A stretch of DNA of 64,000 nt from Octopus vulgaris (Eukaryota), in assembly GCA_951406725.2 (NCBI GenBank), contig OX597826.1, positions 43,896,001 through 43,960,000 on the forward strand. The letters are read 5' to 3'. Positions 27,043 through 41,250 of this stretch are shown here, piece by piece (position 1 is the first letter of the stretch; the number at the start of each line of letters is the position of its first letter). The translations under genes and the position numbers were made by a program. The notes under the pieces are model-generated. The model did no database searches, had not been told where the DNA came from, and was given only the letters and a program-made list of their open reading frames with translations.

Positions 27043-28149
27043 CAGACACACACATGCATAAGCAGATATACATACTAAATATAATTTCTACTAGCGTGCC
27101 CATCAGATTATCATTCACTGGAAACACTCAATACTTCACACTGTAAATTATCTATAAACAGTATAAATTCTGTCACACATATTGATGGTCTGACATTTTG
27201 AAAGATGTTCATATCACCCACCACCCAGACATCCACACAGATATGTATACACGCACAGAAAGCAAGAATTAGGAATCCATTCCGTAAGGAAGGATACTTT
27301 TGTAACCAACCGTAAATAACAACTTTAACTAGATATACGTGTGTTCATCAAGCGAAAATGGTGAGGTAACGGTTGACTGTGTGAAATGCCAAATAATGTC
27401 TATTAAATTATAAGGATGAAGGCCAAATACGCTTAATCATACGCTGGTCTAATTTCTTAAGTTTCAAACTTAAGAGATTCGAATCAGTCACTATGATATG
27501 ATTGACGTTGAATTGTTGTTACAGCGTACACATCCTCAATAGCAACAACAGCAATAACACCAACAGCTGCATCAACAACATTGTTCGTTTAGAGACTCTT
27601 AATTGGCTACTTTGAGACGTTTCTGGAATAGTGCTTGTACAAATGTTGTCAGTGATAGTAACATACTGAAAATTATATTAAAATAAACGTTCTACATACA
27701 CATACAGATACAATATTTGGACTTACTGTCTATGTTGTAATCTGGGTGTTTCGAGTCTTTTAACATACACCCACTTCCAGTCGACCTGACCTAGGTTGAT
27801 GATGTCCAGATCTCGACAGATTCAAGCGCGGTTCTCCAACGTTACTGATCTCCTTTTTGTAGTTAGATCCATCAAGGTGCTATCTCGGTAGCTTATATGT
27901 TGTTTATGATTCTTCTTCTGTGAAGTTACGATAGCAACAACAACAATAGGAGCAACAACTGTATCAATAACATTGTTCGTTTAAAGACACTTTCGCTACT
28001 ATGGTTCATAATCCAGGTGCAAATGTTGTCAGTGATAGGAAAATAAAAATATACAAAAATAAATGTAAATATATATATATATAAATATAATTACAAAATT
28101 AAAATAGACATCTCTGTTTTAATTGGAAAACAAAAAGCTTTTTCTCCCA

Positions 28150-28380
28150 CTTATTCCGTCGGGTAGGGTTTTGGGGGTCGTGAGGTCGTGGGGGAAAAGA
28201 CTTCCATCGGGTCGTGTCTAAAGCAACCACCTCCGATTGATCTGGTTGGATCACCGAGCGAGACCAATCGGGCTCATGGATTTTATCTAATAGTCTTGCT
28301 CGTGGCCTAAGTATCTTGCCGGTTGATTTCGCCCTTCTGGCGATGAGATTTTGACCTCACTTGCAAAACGTGGGATAAAC
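28150..28380 (-). pseudogene. RTE-like LINE ORF2 3' fragment
   Basis: GC-richer patch translating RPRARLLDKIHEPDWSRSVIQPDQSEVVALDTTRWKSF, resembling the RTE C-terminal GRPRxRWxD...AxDRxxW motif. Confidence 0.6.
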
Positions 28381-29194
28381 GCATAAAGTTTACGTGTCTC
28401 CAACAAAATAGAAAAAAAAACTGTTCTCATTTTATTATCAGCGAAAATTTCATCGTATTTGGCTTGAAAATTTACATATCAACTGCGAGCTTAATCTCTC
28501 CTAATTGAACGGGATTGTAAATTTTCTAAGACATTATCTAATACCACATGACTTTACAGAGTCCCATTTTTATATTTTCATTCCCACCGACGTGTTCTTC
28601 AAATCACAATCCTTTTATTCCCCATTTGTTATCTTCTTTTAACTATAGCTTTCTTTCTCCATTCTCATCGCGAATTTGCAAGTAATCTCTATAACATCTG
28701 TCAAGATTGCAAAATCCCCCACACGTTAAGATATTCTGCAATAGCGACTTAACTATACAAACATCTTCAGTAGTTCTGTTATTAAATATTTCAAAGACAG
28801 GTCGACAACCACATTCTTGTCGTATTCTTGTTCTATCAATGTCAAGCAACCATTCATAAAATCCAGGTTCTTTATAATTTATAAACACATAAGAAATGCT
28901 GCTTCCTTCTTAACGAGATTAATAAAATAGTACGATAAAATATTTATACAACGTTAAAATACTGCGCGGCAAATTCATGTTCAGTCACTTAAAATATTGA
29001 ACTTGATCCTGCGCTAGAATAATTCTCACATAAAACATGTATCAAATAGAAACATTCTCATAAAATGCAGTTAAATAAATATGTTAGGTAATTACTTACA
29101 TCATTATATAACAACGATATATTCTCAGACTGTAACCTTTTGTTTCAAGCAATTATTCTATGCAAACCTATTGACTTTTTTCTTTTAGCTTTTC

Positions 29195-29600
29195 CCCTTA
29201 CTTGTTTCAGTCACTTGACAGCGGCCATGCTGGAGCACTGCCTTGAATTTTTCTTTTTCTTTAGTCGAACAAATCGACCCTAGGACATACTTTTTTAAAG
29301 CCTTATACTAAGCCAATCCGTCTCGTTTTGCTGAACTGCTAGGTTACGGGGACGTAAACGCACCAACACCAGCTGTCAAGTAGTGGTAGGAGACAAACAC
29401 AGACACAAATACACACACACACATACATATACATACACACACATATACACAATAGGCTTCTTTCAGTTTCCGCCTACCAAATCTACACACTAAGCTTTGG
29501 TCAGCCGATAGCTATAATAGAAGGCATCAGCCCAAAGTGCCGCGCAATGGGACTGAACATGGAACCATGTGGTCTGGAAGTAAGCTTCTCACCATACAAC
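29195..29600 (-). mobile_element. family A SINE
   Basis: Reverse similarity to 33349-33770. Confidence 0.85.
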
Positions 29601-30277
29601 TCTTTCTTTCATCACCTCTTTTACATTTTACTCTAGATTTCGTCCACAATCCATTCCACCATCCAGGCTCGTTTCCTCTTCTCAAAGTTCAGTCTTTTCT
29701 ACATCTACACCACAAATAGTTACAAGTTCCTGTCTCATAAAACAACGGTGAAGTATCTTTGCAATAACAATGATACAATATTACGAAAGGCGGCGAGCTG
29801 GCAGAACCGTTAGCACGCCGGGCGAAATGCGTAGCCGTATTTCGTCTGCCGTTACATTCTGAGTTCAAATTCCGCCAAGCTCACGACCTTACGCTCATGA
29901 GCCGAATGTCCCTAACCACTAAGCCACTCGCCTTCACTAAGAGGACCTGTAATGTGCTACGATTCACATTCCAGTTCCTGTTTTAAATAATTCACCTAAA
30001 CCACTTTCCTAAAAAGTGGAATTCTCCGGATTGGCACACCCTATGGTGTTATTTCTTCAATACATAAATGTTCTACAAATGTCCAAACTAAACATAAACC
30101 TCGAAAAGCTCAGTAATACGAAAAGGACAGCAAACATGATGGGTAACGAAACTCCTCTTCGAGCTTCCTATCATACCGCTCCCCCTCACCCACTGCAAAA
30201 GAAATCTACGAAGCCAAGTGCAAATACAAAATTTTGAAAGTGTTTAAACGAAATATTAATAACAATATTGAATATGT

Positions 30278-30468
30278 TTATTTATTGCCCACAAGGGGCT
30301 AAACATAGAGGGGACAAACAAGGATATACAAAGGGATTAAGTCGATCACATTGACCCCCGTGCGTAACTGGTACTTAATTTATCGACCCCGAATTTGAAA
30401 TCAGAACAGCAGACAAAATACGGCTACGCATTTCGCCAGGCGTGCTAACGTTTCTGCCAGCTCGCCGT
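30278..30468 (-). mobile_element. family B SINE with internal deletion
   Basis: Reverse copy; flanking duplication TAACAATATTGAATA. Confidence 0.85.
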
Positions 30469-30911
30469 CTTATATTAACAATATTGAATAGCTAAGAATT
30501 GACTAGTTGCTTGTTCGCATGTCCCATACGGATTAGCAGAAAGCATGGATTGACAAAGCGAACGACAAAAGAGAACCAAGGAAAAATGGAAATTATCTAA
30601 CAACAAAGAAATATCTAAATTACCCGAAATTGAAATTTTATCTTAGATCTAAAATCATGAGTTGAAATAGCTGCTATCAATTTGGTGCAAAACTAACTAC
30701 AATGTTTAATTAATCAACTTAAAAGAAATATATCTCATCTCAGAATAAATTTTATTAATTGAAATAGCGATTAGAATCAACACATTTTTGTCAACAAGTC
30801 TATTTATTCCAGAAAAATAGAATACTGGAGTCCTGGAATCAACGAGCTCTTGAAAAGCTTTTCGTACTGTTGCGGAGTTGATGAAAATCCGTCGCCAGAA
30901 ATATATGTTAA

Positions 30912-31677
30912 GGCGGCGAGCTAGCAGAAACGTTAGCACGCCAGACGAAATGCTTAGCGGTATTTCGTCTGCCGCTACGTTCTCAGTTCAAATTCCGCCG
31001 TGGTCGACTTTGCCTTTCATCCGTTCGGGGTCGATAAATTAAGTACCAGTTACGCACTGGGGTCGATATAATCGACTTAATCAGTTTGTCTTTCCTTGTT
31101 TGTCCCCTCTGTGTTTAGCCCATTGTGGGTAGTAAAGAAATAGGTATTTCGTCTGCCGTTACGTTCTGAGTTCAAATCCGCTGAGGTCGACTTTGACTTT
31201 CATCCTTTCGGGGTCGATTAATTAAGTACCAGTTACGCACTGGGGTCTATGTAATCGATTTAATCCGTTTGTCTGTCCTTGTTTGTCCCCTCTGTGTTTA
31301 GCCTCTTGTGGGTAGTAAAGAAATAGGTATTTCGTCTGCTGTTACGTTCTGAGTTCGACTTTGCCTTTCATCCTTTCGGGGTCGATAAATTAAGTACCAG
31401 TTACGCACTGGAGTCGATGTAATCGACTTAATTCCTTTGTCTGTCCTTGTTTGTCCCCTCTGTGTTTAGCCTCTTGTGGGTAGTAAAGAAATAGGTATTT
31501 CGTCTGCTGTTACGTTCTGAGTTCAAATTCCGCCGAGGTCGACTTTGCCTTTCATCCTTTCGGGGTTGATAAATTAAGTACCAGTTACGCACTGGAGTCG
31601 ATGTAATCGACTTAATTCCTTTGTCTGTCTTTGCTTGCCACCTCTATGTTTTGCCCCTTGAGGGTAATAAAGAAATA
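30912..31677 (+). mobile_element. family B SINE concatemer (one head, four tandem bodies)
   Basis: GGTATTTCGTCTGC restarts at 30959, 31143, 31326 and 31494. Confidence 0.92.
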
Positions 31678-31699
31678 TGCAATGCATGACGACTCTTGA

Positions 31700-32665
31700 A
31701 AAGGTAGTAGTCAGTTGGAGAGAGGTATTGAGAGTATATTGTTGGTGAGACGCAGCATCATAACCTAATTCGTTCAATCTCTACAATGTTGTTAGAGAGA
31801 CATAATATGATCAGGTGTTAACATGGAGAAAAAAAAAATTTTGTTGACTGACTAATGTTGAGCAGAAATGCTACAATTCTTGGTGTTTTTGTTGAGTTGT
31901 TGGCAGTAGTTCTCTGCTGTAAGTTCCGTCAAAGTTCAAGCAATAGTAAATGATTCCACTTACCAACAACTGAGCAGCGACTATGATATTCTTTTGATGT
32001 AACATAGGTTTAATGGGAGTGTATTTTCTTTTCTTTTCGGTTACTCTTTGCTTTACTACAATCCAGCTATTGCACAAAAAGCCTTTAGGTGTTGTATAAA
32101 TTATAGTTTTTGTCACACATCACAATGAAACCACCAAGGGTCTTTGTTGCATTAAAGAAGCGCAGAACAGACTTTCTAAGAGCGATTTTACAACACAAAC
32201 GATAGCCTAGGTTAAGGGGAGTGCTTTTTGTTTCTTTTTCCTCTTTTACTGCTAGATATTGCTCATTTTGCCATTGTGCAGAAGGCCTTTAGTTGTTCTG
32301 TAAATTCCAATTTTTATCACATAGCACAATGAAAAGGTGGGTTATTTGTGTTATTTAAGAAGAGCAGAGCAGACTTCGTAACAACTATTTTACAACGAAT
32401 TTTTTTTTTCCTGCAGCTCATGTGGCACTAATATGGCAAACTTATTTGGAATTTCTCATGCCGAACAAATGTCGAACAAGTGAACATTTTTATGTTTTTC
32501 TTCAAAATCTTGAGGCTGTTTTCTGTAGATCTGCTTCACTGATAACTCTTCCTCAATCTTATCAAAAGTTAATCTTCCTCAATCGCAGGGGTGTCGTTGG
32601 GAGACCTTCCTCACCCTTAAAGTTCTCGTCTCCACAACAATGACTTTGGAACCAATATTAATACG
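31700..32665 (-). pseudogene. degenerate mariner transposase
   Basis: Minus strand segments WFQSHCCGDENFKGEEG, VPHEL and PIKPMLHQKNIIV...SGIIYY occur in mariner order. Confidence 0.7.
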
Positions 32666-32669
32666 TGTG

Positions 32670-33158
32670 TGGAGCCGCGTGGCTTAGTGGTTAGGGTGTC
32701 AGCATCATGATCGTAAGATGGTAGTTTCGATTCCCGGGCGACGCGTTGTGCTCTTGAGCAAAACACTTCATTTCACGTTGCTCCAGTCCACTCAGCTGGC
32801 AAAAATGAATTACGCTGCGATGGACTGGCGTCCCGTCCAGCTGGGGAATACATGCGTCATAGAAACCGGGAAACCGGGCCCATGAGCCTGGCTAGGCTTT
32901 AAAACGGTGCAGTGGAGGCACATGGCTTAGTGGTTAGGGTGTCAGCATCATGATCGTAAGATTGTGGTTTCGATACCTGAACCGGGCAACGCGTTGTGTT
33001 CTTGAGCAAAACACTTCATTTCACGCTGTTCCAGTCCACTCAGCTGGCAGACTGAGTAACGCTGCGATGGAGTGGCGTCCCGACCGGCTGGGGAACACAT
33101 GCGCCATAGAAACCGGGAAACCGGGCCCATGAGCCTGACTAAGCTTTAAAAGGGCGCT
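32670..33158 (+). mobile_element. two head-to-tail family C-type SINEs
   Basis: TGGCTTAGTGGTTAGGGTGTCAGCATCATGATCG near 32680 and 32922; shared tail GAAACCGGGAAACCGGGCCCATGAGCC. Confidence 0.9.
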
Positions 33159-33348
33159 TTCATTTTGTTTATTTATCATTGATCTCTGTGTACGTCAACT
33201 TCTCCTCTGGCCAAAAGCTTGCCCGACATTGCTAGCAATATCCTTTATTTTGCTCTCCATTTTGAACTTAGGCAATTAATCACATCAATTTTCGTTTTCC
33301 ATCTTTAATTTGACTACCTAAAATTAATAAAAAATATACAATATCATA

Positions 33349-33770
33349 GGCGCAGGAGTGGCTGTGTGGTAAGTAGCTTGTTTACCAACCACATGGTTCC
33401 GGGTTCAGTCCCACTGCGTGGCATCTTGGGCAAGTGTCTTCTACTATAGCCTCGGGCCGACCAAAGCCTTGTGAGTGGATTTGGTAGACGGAAACTGAAA
33501 GAAGCCCGTCGTATATATGTATATATATATATATATATATGCGTGTGTGTGTTTGTGTGTCTGTGTTTGTCCCCCTAGCATTGCTTGACAACCGATGCTG
33601 GTGTGTTTATGTCCCCGTTACTTAGCGCTTCGGCAAAAGAGACCGATAGAATAAGTACTGGGCTTACAAAAGAATAAGTCCCGGGGTCGAGTTGCTCGAT
33701 TAAAGGTGGTGCTCCAGCATGGCCGCAGTCAAATGACTGAAACAAGTAAAAGAGTAAAAGAGTAAAAAGA
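33349..33770 (+). mobile_element. family A SINE (full length, young)
   Basis: GGCGCAGGAGTGGCTGTGTGG head through (AGTAAAAG)n tail. Confidence 0.93.
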
Positions 33771-34040
33771 GTGAAAAACCTCAGCGTAGATCTACAGAAT
33801 GTAGCATATCGTTTTGAAATGGTGCATTACGTGTACACAATTAAAGAAAAATTTATTCTAAAATAAGAATCGAAGTTTCAAAATAACGAAATCATCCACG
33901 ATTTTTGCACCATCATAGTGTATTTAACAGCATCTATTCAAGTAGTAACTATAAAGCTTAGAATCTATCTATATTTACAGTAAACCATCACCATAAATAT
34001 AGATATCATCAACACAGACGGCATTATCATATACATCATT

Positions 34041-34087
<47 letters not shown>

Positions 34088-34710
34088 TGTCATGGTTATT
34101 ATCATCACCGTCATCAGCATCAGCGTCGTCGTCGTCATCATCATCACCAGCAGCAGTATCATTATCATCGTAATTATTGATATGACCACAGTGAAACTAA
34201 CAATTTATTAATGTAAACTACGTCGCCCACATACACAGTCACACATACGCTGAAAGATATAATAGGTTCACACATACACACATACACGCATACGCTCATA
34301 TGCCGATATCTTATTCATTCGAATAAACCACTCGTTTGCATTTTAACTCTATGTTCTCCTATACATACATGGATACAAACCAACATACATACGTGCGTAC
34401 GTACATACATACATACATACATACATACATGCATACATATATCCATACGTACATACACACACACACAAACACACACACACGCACACACACATATATATAT
34501 ATATACATAAATGAACTATCTATCTATCTATCGATCTAGCTATCTATCGATCTGTTTGTCTTTGTATCTATGCAGATATGCTGGTACACCCACACACCCT
34601 CATATATGTATATGTGTATATATGTGTGTGTGTGTGTGTATGTATATGTATGTATATATATTTATATATACGAATATATATGTTTGTATATATATGTATA
34701 TGTACATATA

Positions 34711-34832
<122 letters not shown>

Positions 34833-35832
34833 TGTATAGCGACATGAAACGACTGTTAAGTAGTATACGGTAACAGTGTATTCTTTAAGTATAAGGCAGA
34901 CAGACATATTGATAGATAGATATATAGATAGATACGTTTGTACATTCATACCTACATACATAGATAATTAGATAGATAGAGAGAATGAACAGCAGATATA
35001 AAGATGCTAGCGCCATAGAGCAAAGCAATATGATATAGGAATTATGTTGCTGAAAAGTTCAAAGCTACATCGCTCTGTAATTTCAAAGCACTTCAACAAC
35101 CAGTGCGGCCAGCAGTGTGTGGCGGCATGAAATATCATTGCCAATGATATTTGAGATGCTCAAAGTGTTGACGAAAGGAATGATAATGACCGAAATGTTT
35201 GCGTTGCATGTGTTCGGTAATGGTTGGGAGTCGGATGTTGAATATCATGGCACGATGCAGCAAAGGCTCTGTCAAGATCATTATCTCTGAATGGCAAGTT
35301 TGTAGAAAGATAAACTAACAAAACTAAACAACATATGTCTTTCCGACGGCATCGTTTCATTATTTATGCCAATGTAATGTTTGCTTTTTTTAAAAGTCCG
35401 TATCCCTGAAAAATCACATCTTGCAAACACTGCATACATTCCCATCAGCATTACTATTGACATACAGACAGACAGATAGATAAATATACAAACAACGTAA
35501 CACACGCGCAATTAGGTACAGGCACCTCACTAATGCATTCATACATACATACATACATACATACATACATACATACATACATACATACATACTTACATAA
35601 ATACATGCATACATACATACATACATACATGCATACATACATTCATACATACATTCATACATACATACATACGTACGTATGTATGTATGTATATATGTAT
35701 GTGTGTATATATATATATGTGTGTGTCTGTGTGTGTGTCGAAAGGATTATGCATGATTATATATATACTCATACAAATACATATATACATATTTATGTAT
35801 ATACAGATGTATACACATATATACGTATATAT

Positions 35833-35914
<82 letters not shown>

Positions 35915-35924
35915 ACATGTATAT

Positions 35925-36149
35925 ATATACTTAATTTAAAAGCAGCAGAAATATAACAAAAGCTGTTAATCAGAGTTTCACGTTCCTGTTCGTCGGACAG
36001 TTTTGTTAAAATAGTTTAACGGGGACGTGAAACTCTGAGTAACAGCTTTTGTTATATTTCTGCTGCTTTTAAATAAAGTATATTACTCTACCTCTGGTAT
36101 TTGAGTACTCTTTTTTCCCACCTTATTTTACATTTATGTGCTTACTCCA

Positions 36150-36150
<1 letters not shown>
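35925..36150. mobile_element. inverted Penelope-like terminal module with hammerhead motif
   Basis: Arms 35925-35990 and 36018-36083 are reverse complements; minus strand CTGT-CCGACGA-ACAGGAACGT-GAAA-CTCTGA-TTA-ACAG; both ends in (TA)n. Confidence 0.75.
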
Positions 36151-36198
<48 letters not shown>

Positions 36199-36887
36199 CA
36201 TATGTAAAGGCAAAAATATATATATGTATATGGGGAGTGAGACAGTATGTATATGTGTGTGTGTGAGACACTGTGCTCGAATATGTGTCTGCATGCACCC
36301 GTATAACGAAGAGGCAGCTTGGAAAACAATGAAAAACAAAGAAAGATATGAAAACGCCAAACTGATTGATAGAAAGGCAAAGAGGGAAAAGTTTATCACA
36401 TGAAAAGAGGAGAATATTAAACAAACATAAGGTAATCTCTTTAAACATGTGTAAGCAACTATATATATGTCATAGACTCACAGGTAAATATTAATTGCGG
36501 TAGTATATACATAAACACAAAGTCGTAGACACACATACGCACACACGCGCGCGTGCACACACACACATACACACACACACACACACAGAGTCACACAGAT
36601 TCATGGCCACACGCACAAGTACGACACACAACAATGTGGTATCTTTCTGAGTGAATTTTTCGTGAATTACGTAATGCATATACATAGATACATATATATA
36701 TATGTATGTATGTATGTATATATATATATATATGTATATATGTAAATGCACACATACATATGTACATGTATGTATATATATATATATATATATACATATA
36801 TATACACACACACACACACACACATGAACACATACACAGGTGTGTCATGTTTTCCGTTTCTTGTCTTTTTATTTGATCCTGAAGAAA

Positions 36888-36929
<42 letters not shown>

Positions 36930-37264
36930 AGGGAATAAATCCAAATTTACAGGGAAAAATTAGATTTAGGATTAAATCAATTTTATAGTATAAATATATT
37001 ATATTATATTATATTAAATTAGAGATAAAACCAGTATTAGGCAAATTAAACAGTGAAAAACATAAGCCAATACATAAAATTAATTCAAAAATATAAAAGT
37101 TAAAAATAAAAAATTATCTAAATAATTTAAACTTATAAATTTTATATATATATACGAATATATATATATATATGTATGTATATTTTTATATTTATATATT
37201 ATTTTATTTAGTAATTAATTAATTAATTAATTTTTTTTTTTTTAAATACCAAAAGTGTTAAAAG

Positions 37265-37303
<39 letters not shown>

Positions 37304-37943
37304 ATGTGTGTGTGTGTGTGTCTTTCATTCTTTTCCTTTACTTGTTTTGGTAAATTGTACGCGTCTACGCTGGAGCAATGGCTTCAATAATTTTTGGTCG
37401 AACGAGTCGAATTCAGTGGTCTTTTCCCTTTTGAATTTGGTACTTGTCCTATTGCTCTCTTTTGCCAAAATGCTATGCAACGTGAACGTAATCACACCAA
37501 CACCGGTCGTTAAACGACGGTGAGAGACAAGCATAGACACTAAGAAACACACACACGCACACTCACGGACGGAATACACACACACTCAGACACACTAACA
37601 CACATATACACACACAGAGAAACACACTCAGATTATGGGCTCCTTTTAGTTTCCACCAACTAAATACTCTCACAAGCATTTGGCCATGAGACTGAACCAG
37701 GAACCATGTGGTTGGGAAGCAAGCATCTTACCGCACAGCCACACCTGTACATTGGTTGGTTGGATAGAGGTAAGGTGTCAATCAGTTTACAGTTACATGT
37801 AGGAAAGCATCATGGCGTTTGTTTATAAACTGAAGCAATAAATATACACATACATACACTCATATGTCATACACACATATACTCATAACACACACACACA
37901 CACACACGCACAAACGCATATATGTGTATGTGTATGTGCTTGC

Positions 37944-38300
37944 GGAGGCGCAATGGCCCAATGGTTAGAGCAGCGAACTCTCGGTCGTACGATCACGGTT
38001 TCGATACTCAGACTGGGCGTTGTGAGTGTTTATCGAGCGAAAACACCTAAAGCTCCACGAGGCTCCGGCAGGGAGTCTTGGCGAACCCTGCTGTACTCTT
38101 TCACCACAACTTTCTCTCACACTTCCTGTTTCTGTTGTACCTGTATTTCAAATGGCCAGCCTTGTCACGCTGAATCTCTCCGAGAACTACGTTAAGGGTA
38201 CACCTGTCTGTGAAGTGCTCAGCCACTTTCACGTTAATTTCACGAGCAGGCTGTTCTGTTGATCGGATCAACTAGAACCCTCATCGTCGTAACCGACGGT
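37944..38300 (+). mobile_element. family C-type SINE variant
   Basis: GGAGGCGCAATGGCCCAATGGTTAG head; 3' half shared with 2535-2847; head shared with 62963-63269. Confidence 0.8.
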
Positions 38301-38605
38301 GTGTCGCGATGTGCTTGTGTATGTGTATTGTTTTAGCTATTACATGTTTCAGCCATTGATTGGACTATACCCATACTGGGACACCGTGTCAAAAAGTTGT
38401 AGTTGAATAAATCAACACAAGCACTAAGCCTGCTATTTATTCCATCGGTCTCTATAGTTGAACTGGTAAGTTAAGGGGACGCATTCTAACAATCGTCGTC
38501 AAAGTATGGTGTTGCAAACAGTCAAAAATACCTCCCCCAAATACCAACCTACCTACCTACCTACCTACCTACCTACCTACCTACCTACCTACCTACCTAC
38601 ATACA

Positions 38606-38639
<34 letters not shown>

Positions 38640-38831
38640 CTTACCTACATACATACATACATACATACATACATACATACATACATGCATGCATGCATGC
38701 ATACATACATGCATACATACATACATGCATACATGCATACATACATGCATACATACATACATACATACATACATGCATACATGCATACATGCATACATAC
38801 ATACATACATACATACATACATACATACATA

Positions 38832-38997
38832 GGCGCAGGAGTGGCTGTGTGGCAACTAGCTTGCTTACCAACCACATGGTTCTGGGTTCAGTCACACTGC
38901 GGGGCACCTTGGGCAAGTGTCTTCTACTATAGCCTCGGGCCGACCAAAGTCTTGTGAGTGGATTTCGTAGACGGAAACTGAAAGAAGCCCGTCGTAT
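38832..38997 (+). mobile_element. family A SINE, 5' half
   Basis: Matches 33349-33512. Confidence 0.88.
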
Positions 38998-39343
38998 ATA
39001 TGTATGCCTAAAACAAGTAAAAGATACATACATACATATATGTGTATATGTATAGAAGTATAAATGCATATATATATATATTACCATATTTTAGCCTCGC
39101 ACATTCTCACGAGGCATTGGATGGCCCGAGGCTCCATGACTCCAGGAGAGGAAACATGTCAACAGTGTGGGACTGAACCCGAAACCACAAGGTTGTAAAG
39201 TTAGCATATAAATCACACAGCTATGCTTAGTTGGTTGCTCCTCCAGAATTATGCTGACATGTATGTATGTATGTATGTATGTATGTATGTATGTATGTAT
39301 GTATGTATGTACGTATGTATGTATGTATGCATATATATATATA

Positions 39344-39380
<37 letters not shown>

Positions 39381-39442
39381 GTATGTATATGTGTATGTAT
39401 ATATATATATGTGTGTGTGCATGTATGTATATATGTATATCT

Positions 39443-39473
<31 letters not shown>

Positions 39474-39577
39474 GCGTGTATATATACATATATTTTTGTA
39501 CATACGCATATATGTACATGCGCATGTATGTACATACGCATGTATGTATGTATGTGTGTATGTATGTACCCTCACAA

Positions 39578-39613
<36 letters not shown>

Positions 39614-40109
39614 GCATATAGACATACACATGTGTACCCGCACCTGTATACAAGAACATATGCAGAATCGCAGTAAAACGTACACACTTAGATACAAAGA
39701 CAATCTCCCCCATCTCTCGCTCTTTCACACCCACACACCCAACCACACACCCCAGAACACACATACACACACACACACATAAACACACACACACACACTC
39801 ATGCACACACGCACACACACAAGAACACGTATGTATATGAATATATATACAGACACATCTGTGTGTCTGTATAAATGAATGATTATTTACATATGTGCCT
39901 CAGCTTATTTAGCAGTCGATATATGTAATAAATATAGGCAATTAGGAACCTCTTATTTTCAAGTGCTGCACCATAAAAGACAAGATATCAGAACTGCATA
40001 ATTACACCTAAATACATAGTTGATGTTATAAACTGGTCTAGTTTAACGGATGAAATTGGTTCATTAGCGGTGAAAAACGTCTCCTGATCAACAGAACACT
40101 CATGTCCCA

Positions 40110-40425
40110 AAACCACCACCACCATTTCCATCATCAACACCGCCATCACCGCCCTCATTACCATAACAAATGCCAATAACACCAGCGCTACTAACTGCAG
40201 GAATGGCAATTCTATACCCTAACACTGCCGCCAAATTTTATTGTGGTTGTGATTGTCGTTCTTTAGCTGCTACGGCGGCGGCTGTCTGTTCCCCCACCAT
40301 CCGTTGCTTTCTGAATTCCGTCACGTCACCTCCTACGTACGCGTATAAGATTGTGAGGTCTGTCACGACGAGTACTAAACTCCATCACCCGTATTATGTT
40401 AAACACTACACCATCCTTCGCACAA

Positions 40426-40469
<44 letters not shown>

Positions 40470-41250
40470 ACTAGTGCTACTGCTGAGGCTACCATCGCCA
40501 CCACCGCTCGATAACAATAGGAACCCCCGTTCAGTGTACAATTGGAATCAAATACCTCAGTGGTCGTCACCATCAGCACGACAATAATTCCTTCACTTCC
40601 ATCACCAACGCCAATTTTCGCTGAAGCCGCCGCCGCTGCAGCCACCACCACCAACACCACCGCCACCGCCACCACCATCATCATCATCATCATCATCATC
40701 ATCACTACAACCCCCAACATCACCACACCACTACTGCCACCATCTCCTTACCACCATCTCCTTACCGACACCACCACAACCACCACTATCATCATCATCA
40801 CTACAACCACAATCACCACACCACTACTGCCACCCAAACCCTTACCAAAACCACTTCCCCTACCACCGCCGCCACCACCACCTTCACCACCACCACTATC
40901 ACTACCATCGCCGCCGCCACCACTACTATTATCCACAGCTTCAATCACCACCGTCACCAATACCCTCATCCCCAGCAAGCAACTCCACAATCAGTAGCAG
41001 CTGTAGAACCGCCGACAGCGTTCCCGTCAGCATTTCTGTCACAACCACCACCACCACCACCACCACCACTACTATCAGCACCACCACTACCAGCAGCGCC
41101 AACATGACCAGCATCATAAACAACCATCATTACCACCATCACTATCATCTTCGACATCAGCACCATCATCATTATTATCAACTCCTCCAGCGCACCCTAA
41201 TCATCACCATCTCCTCCCCTCACTCCCATCGCATAATACCATCACCACCA
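40110..41250. repeat. degenerate (CCA)n/(CAT)n/(CAA)n low-complexity region
   Basis: Directly visible; yields Thr/Pro/Ile homopolymer ORFs. Confidence 0.85.

Noticed and set aside
28643-28888. 81-aa Cys-containing ORF
   Set aside because: No recognisable domain or convincing splice signals; non-ATG start
30959-31677. CRISPR-like or satellite interpretation of the regular repeats
   Set aside because: Units are whole SINE bodies with no unique spacers; eukaryotic context
40170-40997. Mucin-like or Pro/Thr-rich ORFs
   Set aside because: Explained by degenerate CCA/CAT/CAA repeats; frames interrupted by stops
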